From the NCBI RefSeq assembly GCF_009914755.1, contig NC_060935.1: DNA of 64,000 nt. The stretch is one strand, 5' to 3'. Source of the stretch: the human T2T-CHM13v2.0 reference genome, Homo sapiens. The translations under genes and the position numbers were made by a program. Under the pieces are notes generated by a model that worked only from the letters and a program-made list of their open reading frames with translations, was not told where the DNA came from and made no database searches. Positions 17,425-27,449 of this stretch are shown in pieces. How positions within the stretch are numbered: position 1 is the first letter of the stretch; each line of letters starts with the position of its first letter.

Positions 17425-18322
17425 CTGGAGAAAGGACACCCTATCCAACACATGGTGCTAGAAAAACTGGATAGCCATATGCAGAAGAATCAAACTGGAC
17501 CCATATACTTCACCATATACAAAAATTTAACCCAATATGGATTAAAGACTTAAATGTAAGACCTGAAACTATAAAAATCCTAGAAGAAACCCTAGGAAAC
17601 ACTCTTCTGGACATTGGCCTAGGGAAAGAATTTATGACTAAGACATCAAAAGCAAATGCAACAAAAACAAAAATAGACACATAAAACAATTAAATCAAAA
17701 AGTTCTGCACAGCGAAAAAATCATAACAGAATAAACAGAAAACCTATAAAACGGGAGAAAATATATGCAAAATATGCATCCAACAAAGGGCTAATATCCA
17801 GAATCTACAAGAAACTCAAATAGAAAGAAAAAAAAACACAAATAACCCTATTAAAAAGTAGGCAAAGGACATGAACAGACATTTCTCAAAAGAAGACATG
17901 CAAGTAGCCAACAAACATGTGAAAAAATGTTCAATATCACTAATCAGACAAACGCAAATCCAAACCACAGTGAGATACCATCTCACTCCAGTCAGAATGG
18001 CTATTATAAAAGGTCAAAAAATAACAGATGTTGGCGAAGATGCAGAGAAAATGGAATGCTTACATACTGTTACTGGGAATGTAAATTAGTTCAACCCCTA
18101 TGGAAAACAGTATGTAGATTTCTCAAAGACCTAAAACAGAACTACTATTCAATCCTGCAATCCCACTATTAGGTATCTATGCAAAGGAAAGTAAATTATA
18201 TAAAGAAGACACCTGCACCGATACGTTTATCACATCATTATTCATAATAGCAAAATCATAAAATCAACCTAAGAGTTCATCAACAGATAATTGGATAAAG
18301 GAAACGTGGCACGTGTATATAC
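17425..18322 (+). mobile_element. Old LINE-1 (L1PB4/L1MA-like), ORF2 3' part; left half of the element split by the NUMT
   Basis: ORF 17871-18089 [28 protein letters not shown]; ends at TGGATAAAGGAAACGTGGCAC (WIKKMWYI equivalent). Confidence 0.9.
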
Positions 18323-18379
18323 ACACACCCAGACATATATATACACACACACACACACACATAACTTCACATACACATG

Positions 18380-18553
18380 CATGACTTCACGTTATTATTG
18401 GATCAACATCTGTCACTCTCTGCCTCCTCTGCCAATTAAAATTCCACGTTACATCCAACCAACACTTTGACTTTGAAGCCGCCACCTGATATTAGCGCTT
18501 CGCAGATGTAGTATGACTATTTTTATACATCTCTGTCTACTGATGAGGGTCCT
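18380..18553 (+). pseudogene. MT-CO3: MT-CO3 pseudogene fragment (3' end)
   Basis: ACTTCACGTTATTATTGGATCAAC..TTTGAAGCCGCCACCTGATAT..GATGTAGTATGACTATTT..TGATGAGGGTCCT. Confidence 0.9.
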
Positions 18554-18621
18554 ACTCTTTTAGTATAAACAGTACCATTGACTTCCAATCAATTAGTTTC
18601 AATAGTATCCAAAAGAGAGTA
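18554..18621 (+). tRNA. MT-TG: mt tRNA-Gly(TCC) pseudogene (NUMT)
   Basis: ACTCTTTTAGTATAAACAGTACCATTGACTTCCAATCAA..AAAGAGAGTA, 68 nt. Confidence 0.9.
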
Positions 18622-18967
18622 ATTAACCTGACACTAGCCCTAGTAACTGACCCCCTACTGGCCCTATTACTAATAATAGTTACATTTTGGCTCCCACAAC
18701 TTAATACTTATATAGAAAAATCAAGCACCTATGAATGCGGATTTGACTCAATAACCTCTGCCCTCCTCCTCTTCCTCATAAAATTATTCCTAGTAGCCAT
18801 GATATTTCTCCTCTTCGACTTAGAAATCACTCTGCTACTACCCTTGCCATGAGCCCTTCAAACAAACAACCTGACACAATAATCAGCACAGCCCTTATTG
18901 CTAGTTCCCGTTTTAATCCTAGGCTTGACTTATGAATGAACCCTAAAAGGGTCAGATTGAATTGAAT
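18622..18967 (+). pseudogene. MT-ND3: MT-ND3 pseudogene
   Basis: TATGAATGCGGATTTGAC (YECGFD) and TTCGACTTAGAAAT (FDLE) motifs; 346 nt. Confidence 0.92.
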
Positions 18968-19034
18968 TGGTAGTTTAAGTCAAAATAAATAAATGATTTT
19001 GACTCATTAGATTATGATAGACCATATTTACCAA
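18968..19034 (+). tRNA. MT-TR: mt tRNA-Arg pseudogene, anticodon TCG mutated to TTG
   Basis: TGGTAGTTTAA..AATGATTTTGACTCATTAGATTATGATAG..ATTTACCAA. Confidence 0.85.
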
Positions 19035-19351
19035 GTGCCTTCTATTTACATCAATATTATATTAGCATACACCATGTCACTGCTGGGAATATTAGTCTAT
19101 CGATGCCACCTAATATAATCCCTATTATGCCTAGAAGGCATAATACTATCATAAATTTATAAATAAATGTATAAATATTATTTATCATACTCATAACTTT
19201 AAACTTACATTTCACTCTAGCATCTATAATACCCATCATTCTCCTAGTATTTGCTGCCTGTGAAGCCGTAGTGGGCCTTGCCTTACTAGTTTCAATCTCC
19301 AATACATATGCTCTAGATTACATACAAAATCTAAATTTACTTCAATGTTAA
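19035..19351 (+). pseudogene. MT-ND4L: MT-ND4L pseudogene with AT-rich insertion
   Basis: CTATTATGCCTAGAAGGCATAATA (LLCLEGMM), TTTGCTGCCTGTGAAGC (FAACEA); overlaps ND4 ATG. Confidence 0.92.
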
Positions 19352-20716
19352 AAATCATTACTCCGACAAGTATACTGTTACCAATGACATCATTCTCTAA
19401 AGATTCTATAATCTGAATCAACATGACTTCCCACAACCTACTCATCAGTCTTATTACCCTACTATTTTTTATGCAATTCAACAATAGCTCATCAGACTTC
19501 TCATTAATCTTCTCTTCTGACCCGGTGACCTCGCCCCTTCTAATCTTAACAACCTGACTACTACCTCTTATAATCCTAGCAAGCCAATATCACCTGTCCA
19601 TTGAATTACCCCCACGAAAAAAAACTCTATATTTCTATATTGATTTCCATGCAGATTTTTAAAATTATAGCATCCACAGCCACAGAACTAATTATATTTT
19701 ATATCCTCTTTGAAGCTAAACTAATTCCTCCCCTAATTATCATCAGCTGCTGAGGTAACCGACCAGAAAGCCTCAATGCCAGCTCCTATTTCTTATTTTG
19801 TACACTAGTAGTGTCCCTTCCTCTACTTATTACACTTGTTTATACTCAAAATACCTCAGGTTCACTAAATATGCTGGTAATGATTCTTACCACCCAAGAG
19901 CTATTGGTCTCCTAATCCAATAACCTTATATGATTAGCATGTATTATTGCCTTTATCATAAAAACACCTCTATATGGACTTCACTTATGACTCCCCAAAG
20001 CCCAGATAGAAGCTCCTATTGCCGGCTCAGTAGTACTTGCAGCAGTACTCCTAAAACTAGGAGGCTGCAGTATAATATAGCTTACCCTTATCCTCAGCCC
20101 CCTAACAGAACATATAGCCTACCCCTTCTTCATACTATTCCTATGAGGGATAGTTATAACAAGCTCTACTTGTCTGCGACAAGCCAATCTAAAATCACTT
20201 ATTGCTTATGCCTGCGTTAGCCACATAGCACTTGTTATCATGGCTGTCCTCATTCAAACCCCTTGAAGCTTTACAGGTGCAGTCACCCTTATAATTTCTC
20301 ACAGACTCACTTCATCCTTACCGTTCTGCCTAGCAAATTCAAACTACAAATGAGTCCATAGCCGAATCATATTACTTACCCGAGTCCTTCAAACACTGCT
20401 TCCACTAATGGCCTCTTGATGACTCCTAGCAAATCTCACTAACCTTGCCTTACCATTAATCTAGTAGGAGAAATCTTTGTGACTATGGCTTCATTCTCCT
20501 GACCAAACATCACTTTTATGCTTATAGGACTTAATATACTAATTACAGCCCTTTACTTCCTATGTATGCTAATCACAACACAATAAGGGACACTTGCATA
20601 TTATATTAACTATATTAAGCCTTCCTTTACACAAGAAAATACATTAATACTTATACATCTTGGACCTATCTTCCTATTATCCTTAAGGTCTAAAATTATT
20701 ACGGAGTTTGCATGCT
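19345..20716 (+). pseudogene. MT-ND4: MT-ND4 pseudogene
   Basis: ATGTTAAAAATCATT start; CACTTATGACTCCCCAAAGCCCAGATAGAAGCTCCTATTGCCGGCTCA (HLWLPKAHVEAPIAGS-like). Confidence 0.93.
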
Positions 20717-20785
20717 GTAGGTATCGTTTAACCAAAACATTAAATTGTGAACCTAATAATAGAAGCCTGCAGCTTCTTATCTACC
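20717..20785 (+). tRNA. MT-TH: mt tRNA-His(GTG) pseudogene
   Basis: GTAGGTATCGTTTAACCAAAACATTAAATTGTGAACC..TTATCTACC, 69 nt. Confidence 0.88.
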
Positions 20786-20844
20786 AAGAAATTATGCAAG
20801 AACTGCTAACTCACGCCCCCATGCCTAACAACATGGCTTTCTCA
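20786..20844 (+). tRNA. MT-TS2: mt tRNA-Ser(AGY, GCT) pseudogene
   Basis: CAAGAACTGCTAACTCACGCCCCCATGCCTAACAACATGGCTTTCTCA, D-armless, 59 nt. Confidence 0.9.
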
Positions 20845-20915
20845 ACTTTTAAAGAATTAGAGGTATCCATTGGTCTTAGGAAGCAAAAACATTGGTGTAA
20901 CTCCAAATAAAAGTA
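20845..20915 (+). tRNA. MT-TL2: mt tRNA-Leu(CUN, TAG) pseudogene
   Basis: ACTTTTAAAG..ATCCATTGGTCTTAGG..TTGGTGTAACTCCAAATAAAAGTA, 71 nt. Confidence 0.92.
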
Positions 20916-22709
20916 ACAAACGTGTATTTTTCCACTTCCATAATAGCCCTGATCCCCTTCATCTTACCGATTATTACTATCTTAACCAACCTCTACAAAA
21001 AAGGTTCGTACCCAAATTATGTGAAAATTATCTATCGCATGCACATTCATCATTAGCCTCATCCCTACAACAATCTTTATATGTACAGGCCAATAAGTCA
21101 TCTCAAACTGACACTGAATGACAATCCAAACTCTTAAACTCTCACTAAGCTTCAAACTACACTACTTCTCCACAATGTTTATCCCAGTAGCAGTATTTGT
21201 TACCTGATCTATTGTAGAATTCTGAATATGATACATAAACTCAGACCCTAACATTAATCAATTTTTCAAATACTTACTTTCCTCATCACAATACAAATTC
21301 TGGTAACTGGCAACAACCTCTTTCAACTCTTTATCAGATGAGAAGGTGTAGGAATTATGTCTTGCTTACTAATTGGCTGATGATACGGCCGAGCAGATGC
21401 TAATACAGCAGCCCTCCAAGCAATTCTGTACAACCGCATCGGTGACATTGACTTTATTTTAGCGATAGCGTGATTCCTCTTATCCTCCAACACATGAGAG
21501 CTTCAACAAGCATATATTCTAAGCCTTACCCCCCACGCCCTTCCATTAATTAGTCTTCTCTTAGCAGCAGCAGGAAAGTCAGCTCAGTTCAGCCTCCATC
21601 CCTGATTTCCATCAGCCATAGAAGGCCCAGCCCCAGTCTCAGCCCTACTGCACTCCAGCACTATAGTTGTAGCAGTTTTCCTGTTCATCTGCTTCTACCC
21701 TTTATAGAAAATAATCTATCAATTCAAACGTTTACATTATGTCTAGGGGCTGTTACCACCTCATTTACAGCAATCTGTGCTCTAATACAAAATGATATCA
21801 AAAAAAAATCATAGCATTCTCCACCTCAAGCCAGCTGGGCCTCATAATAGTCACAATTGGCAAGAATCGGCCACATCTAGCATTCCTTCACATCTGTACC
21901 CATGCCTTTTTTAAAGCTATATAATTTATATGTTCAGGGTCCATCATCCATAATCTCAATGATGAACAAGATACCTGAAAAATAGGAAGGCTATTCAAGA
22001 CTTTACCCTGCACTTCCTCCTCATTATTGGCAGCCTTGCACTTACAGGTATGCCTTTCCTTACAGGCTTTTAATCGAAAGACCTTATTATTGAAACCACA
22101 AACACGTCATACACCAATGCCTGATCCTCTTCTATTACTCTTGTTGCCACCTCCTTAACAGCTGTCTATAGGGCCCGTATTATTTTCTTTGCTCTAATAG
22201 GACAACCCCACTTCACAACTCTGATTATTATTAATGAAAACAATCCCTTCCTGATTAACTCAAGTGCCTAACAATCGGCAGTATCTTCTCCAGATTCCTC
22301 ATCGCCAACAGTATTATTCCTGCTTCATCCCCCGAAACAACTATACCGCTCCACCTAAAGCTTACAGCCCTAGATGTGACCACCTTAGGCCTCTTACTAG
22401 CCATAGAGCTTAATCTCATAACTAATAACCTTAAACTAAAGTACCCATTACAGACATTCAACTTCTCCAATATACTAGGTTTCTATTTAGCCACAATACA
22501 CCATGGAACCCCTTACTCAAGCCCATTCACAAGCCAAAATCTGGCTTCACTTCTACTAGACCTAATTCGACTAGAAAAGTCTATACCAAAGACCATTTCA
22601 CAAACTCAAGTCTCAGCCTCCATTACCACTATATCTACTCAAAAAGGCCTAATTAAACTCTACTTTCTTTTTTATTCCATCCTTTCTAACCCTACTCTTA
22701 ATTATCTAA
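20916..22709 (+). pseudogene. MT-ND5: MT-ND5 pseudogene
   Basis: TGAGAAGGTGTAGGAATTATGTC (WEGVGIMS), GGAAAGTCAGCTCAGTTC (GKSAQF), CACTCCAGCACTATAGTT (HSSTMV); ORF 22376-22726 resembles ND5 C-terminus. Confidence 0.93.
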
Positions 22710-23232
22710 TCTATTACCCCGAGTAATTTCAATTGCAAGATAAATACTCACAAATAATGATCAACCAGCAACTACCACTAATCAAAACCCAGAACTGTAC
22801 AAGGCAGCCACACTCACAGAATCCTCACACAACAACCCTGCCCCCTCACCCTCAAAAATTATTCAACTGTCTACGCTATTTAAATCAATCGCGACCACCA
22901 CCCCATTGTACTCAACTATTCACCCAACCAACACCACTCTATTAATAATCCTAATTAGTAAAGCCTCTCAAATGTCAATACTTGACCGCCATGGCTCAAG
23001 GTACTCCTCAATAGCCATCACCGCGGTATAACCAAAGACAACCATCATACCACCCAAATAAATTAAAAAGACCATTAACCCCACAAAAGCCCCACCAAAA
23101 TTCAACACAATACCACAACACAGCACCACTAATAATTAGCCCTAAACCCCCATAAATAGGAGAAGGTTTCAAAGAAAAATCTACAAATCCCATAATCAAA
23201 AGAACACTTAATAAAAATAAAGCATATGCCAT
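22710..23232 (-). pseudogene. MT-ND6: MT-ND6 pseudogene
   Basis: ORF 23008-23268 contains [36 protein letters not shown]. Confidence 0.93.
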
Positions 23233-23301
23233 TATTCCCACATGGACTATAACCATGACTAATGACATGAAAAATTATCATTGTACTTCAACTATAAGAA
23301 C
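23233..23301 (-). tRNA. MT-TE: mt tRNA-Glu(TTC) pseudogene
   Basis: Minus strand GTTCTTATAGTTGAAGTACAATGATAATTTTTCATGTC.., 69 nt between ND6 and CYTB. Confidence 0.9.
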
Positions 23302-23305
23302 ACTA

Positions 23306-24149
23306 ATAACCAACACCCGCAAAACACACCCACTAATAAAAAATATTAACTACTCATTCATTGATCTTCCCATACTATCTAACATTTCTACATGATGAGA
23401 CTTTGGCTCACTTCTTGGTGGCTGCCTTATTCTCCAGATCATCACAAGGTTATTTTTAGCCATTCACTATACATTAGACACCTCAACTGCCTTCTCTTCA
23501 GTTGCTCACATCAGCCGAGATGTAAACTATGGCTGAACAGTACACTATTTTCATGCTAACAGTGCTTCAATATTTTTCATGTGCTTCTTCTTACACGTTG
23601 TCTGAGGCTTATACTATGAGTCAATTATATAACTAGAAACCGTAAATATTGACATTAGCCTCCTCCTCACAACTATAGTAACAGCATTCATAGCCTATGT
23701 GCTCCGGTGAGGCCAAATATCATTCTGAGGTGCTACAGTAATTATAAACCTATCCTCAGCCATCCCATATATTGGAACTGACCTCGTACAATGAATCTGA
23801 GGCAGATTCTCAGTTGACAAAGGCACCCTCACGTGACTTTTCTCCTTCCATTTCATCTTACCCTTCATCATTACTGCTCTAGCAACTGTTCACTTTTTAT
23901 TCTCACATGAAACAGGGTCTAACGACACTTCAGGGGTTTCATCAGACTCTGACAAAATCACTTTCCACCCCTACCATACAACCAAAGATATTCTAGGTTT
24001 AATTGTTCTCCTCCTCCTTCTAATAACTCTAGTACTATCTTTGCCTGAACTCCTGAGTGACCCAGATAATTATACTTTGGCCAACCCTCTCAATATCCAA
24101 CCCCACATTAAGCCAGGGTGATACTTTTTGTTTGCATATGCAATCTTAC
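23306..24149 (+). pseudogene. MT-CYB: MT-CYB pseudogene, 3'-truncated
   Basis: ATAACCAACACCCGCAAAACACACCCACTA start; TGAGGCCAAATATCATTCTGAGGTGCTACAGTAATT (WGQMSFWGATVI); ends shortly after PHIKP-W motif. Confidence 0.93.
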
Positions 24150-24245
24150 ATTGTATATATATATAGCTTATAATATAAAATATTATATAATAATATATAG
24201 CTTTGCCATTGTTGCTATATATATATATAAAAATATATAATATAT
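24150..24245. repeat. (TA)n-rich low-complexity tract at the NUMT right junction
   Basis: TATATATATATAGCTTATAATATAAATATTATATAATAATATATAGCTT..GCTATATATATATATAAAAATATATAATATAT. Confidence 0.85.
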
Positions 24246-24611
24246 CCTGAAATACTACTCAGCCACAAAAAAGAAAAAAATCATGTCTTTTTTAGCAACA
24301 TAGATGAAACTGGAGGCCATTATCCTAAGTGAAATAACTCAGAAACAGAAAGTCTAATACTGCATGTTGTCACTTGTAAGTGGGAGTTAAACAATGTATA
24401 CACATAAACATACAGAGTGGAATAATAGACACTGAAGACTACAAAAGCTTGGGGGTGGAAGGGGGTAAGGGATGAGAAATTACCTATTGGGTACAATGTA
24501 CACTATTTAGGTGATGGGCACACTAAAAGCCCAAACATCACCACTATGCAATATATCCGTGTAACAAAAATGCACTTGTACCCCTTAAATCCATAAAGAT
24601 AAAAATAAAAT
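24246..24611 (+). mobile_element. Old LINE-1 (L1PB4/L1MA-like) 3' end; right half of the element split by the NUMT
   Basis: CCTGAAATACTACTCAGCC (MEYYSA equivalent); 3'UTR GGGTACAATGTACACTATTTAGGTGATGG..CACTTGTACCCC; A-rich tail. Confidence 0.9.
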
Positions 24612-24619
24612 TTAAACTG

Positions 24620-24790
24620 TACAGTATAGTAAATACATAAACCAACAGCATCATCAATTATTATCACTGTCATAGTCAAGTATTATGTACTATACATATT
24701 TGGATGTGCTATATTTTCCTATGAATGGCAGTGCAGTAGGTCTGTTTATATACTGGCATCACTACAAACACATGAAAAAAATAGCATTAG
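24620..24790 (-). mobile_element. Tigger3-family fragment
   Basis: CAAGTATTATGTACTATACATA..GGCAGTGCAGTAGGTCTGTTTATATACTGGCATCACTACAAACACATGA. Confidence 0.7.
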
Positions 24791-25979
24791 AATACAGAGA
24801 AGACATATTTTTAGGCTGTTGTTTTTTTTTTTCCTTCTGTAAAATAAAACTACCTCCTCCTACCTGTTTCTGCTTCCAAGAAGCTTAAGTGAACATGATT
24901 TCCAAACTGTCTTTATGATGACAATAGGGTTCTACTTTATTTCAAACATTTTTCTGGTTGGAATTAACTAGTATATTACCTCCTTTCAGCAATTCAGTTA
25001 ACAAGTGTGGACATAGTTGTAAATTCAGTAACACATTTTAATATACCATGCTACATTCATCCCCTGTTTATTTATTAAGCACTTTTAAAAGACAGAGAGC
25101 CCTGTGCTGGGCACTGAAGATACAGTGCATGTGACACATGATTCTTCTCTTCAGAGAAATTTTACTTTGGGTAGAGAGACAAAAGCAATTCAGAAACTGG
25201 CAAGTAAACCTGCAGGCATTGCCACTTTAGGAAAAGGAATGAGATTTAAGTAGAGGGCAAATCACAAGAAAAACTCTGTTTACTATAGATTTGGAAAGCA
25301 TCTGAAGGCTGACTAGGCCTCAGAGCTACATCACTGGAACTCAAGGAGATCCACAGAGTATGAGCTTGGATTCCAAAACTATGGAGAAAATGAGACCTTT
25401 CCCACGGAAACATTCATTTGTCCCTCCCAGGTATTCTTATAACACCCTCAGCATGTCTCTAACTTTGCCATTGTTTCAATATCCTGTAATACTCTGTTTC
25501 TCTGCATGTGTACCCAAAAGCATTTTGAGCCTCTATAGGTAAATAACCAATAACTTTCAATTATTGTCTTCTCAGTGCCAAACATAGTGCTACACATATG
25601 ATAAGTACTGGATTAATGTATATTAGATGAGTTTTTTATGTATAAAAAATTTCAGGAGAAGAGATGGTTTCTTCCCATTATTTTTATTTCTACAAATAGA
25701 ATACCTGTAGAAATTCAAATCCTTGTTAGCTTTCTAAAAAGCAGCCTTTAGTTGTAGGAAATATGTTGGGCATATAGTCAGTAGACATGAGTTCAAATTC
25801 TATTTTTACTACTTTGTATTCTTGGGCTTCTAAGCTCATAACTTAACCTCTCTAAACCTCAGTTTCTAAGATTAAACAAAGAGGTAATCCACGGAATAGA
25901 TGTCCCTTTCCCTGGAAGGTGTTTAAAACATATTTGCTTTCTATAAAGATAAAAAGTAATGCATGTTGTATCAGACACC

Positions 25980-26438
25980 CATTGTATCTGCATCACATCC
26001 CCTGGCACCATGTGACTTCATCTACCAATGACATGGATGTTTCCATGCAAACTCAGGCCCATCTTGATTGTAACCCAACATAGCAGTCTTTCTTTCTGCA
26101 GTTTTCTCCAGGAATGTCTCTGAACTTCCAGAAGCTACTATACAAGCAGAGCCCAGAATTATAGAGTTGAAATTCCCAAGAGAACACCTTCAACCAATGG
26201 AAGTAGCACACTAGTAATTAAGAGCTGCATTCTCTCATCAGCCATATGGGCAATTCTAGGAAGAATTCTGTGGACTTCTCAGAGATCCTGACAGACTGCC
26301 ATTCGTTGGTTACAGAATTGATTTTTTTCTCACTCATCCTGCTTCTTTACTTCTACTTTCTGAGATTTCCTTCCAAATGAACTACTTGTAAACAAATCCT
26401 TGTATCAGATTGTTTTGTAGGAAATTCATACTAGGACT
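25980..26438 (+). mobile_element. LTR16-like ERVL LTR
   Basis: ACCTTCAACCAATGG.., TTCCAAATGAACTACTTGTAAACAAATCCTTGTATCAGATTGTTTTGTAGGAAATTCATACTAGGAC 3' end. Confidence 0.55.
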
Positions 26439-27449
26439 TTGAGAGTTATTTTAAATTATATTGCCTTTCAATGATGAAAACATTTAGTATAATTTAGAAT
26501 GCCAGTATGTCCCAGCAAGTTCTTGCCTTGACTTAAAAACCCACAGACATAGGCTTCTATGTATTCTCCATAAAGTTAAAGAATAAAGGAAGTACATGAC
26601 AGAACCTTTCAGCATTGCTCCTAATATGTTTTTCAATGACTTTTCTATTTCAGTGTTAAATGATTCAAGAAATAAAGACCTATTCCTTGACCCTTAGGAG
26701 AACATGGCAGTTGGGGATCCAGCTATGATAAACTATATAGTCCTTCAGAGTTTGGAGGAATTGGGAAGATACTGCATTTTAAGGAGGCATTTTTCTCTCA
26801 GTAGATAAGAATTGATTGCTAAGACTGGTTGTCTTGCATTTATCTGCCTTGGTTAAGCCATTTCCATAATGGAGAATATACTTTGCCTCAGAAATTAACT
26901 TAATTTTAAGTAAAATAAAAAGTGGAAAACTACAGAATCTCTGAAGCGAAAATCATTCTTTAAAACTCAAGATTATTTTACGTTGACAGCATATTCTTTA
27001 ACTTGGTTTAGAACGAGTTAAGTTCAGTGCAGTAAATCAGATGGGAGTTCCTAGTTCATACATAGCATTGTGCCAGGCTCTGGAGAGTCAATGATAAGTA
27101 AGATACACTCCCTCTCCTTCTAACTTATACTCCTGCAAAGGAAGAAGAACTTTCAAAAGATAATTTTAAGAACACCATTTCAGTTCTAAATTTTAGGTAT
27201 GCCCAGTAGGTTAAATAAAGATCCCTGGAGGAAAGGCCATTCCCATAACCAGAAAGTTTAGAGATTTCAGGGTTAAAACATGAACAAAATATTGGATGAG
27301 AAGTAAGCCAGAAAATAAAGGTGGAAATGATGCTGTAGAAGAGGGAATCACATGAGCAGAGTCTAAAATGGGGCAGTCTTGGGTCTATAAGGTTCTATGT
27401 GAATTTATGGATCATTTCAGCTTGATATAAAATAAAATCCAACTCAACC

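Larger units (their letters stand above)
18380..24149 (+). pseudogene. NUMT: ~5.8-kb nuclear copy of mtDNA (COX3 3' end to partial CYTB; roughly rCRS 9.8-15.6 kb)
   Basis: Vertebrate mt gene order intact, six tRNAs at expected positions, C/A-rich L-strand composition, many stops/frameshifts and CpG decay. Confidence 0.97.

Noticed and set aside
18380-24149. Genuine mtDNA contamination or functional mitochondrial genes
   Set aside because: Numerous frameshifts and stops even under the mitochondrial code, CpG decay, and seamless embedding in a nuclear L1.
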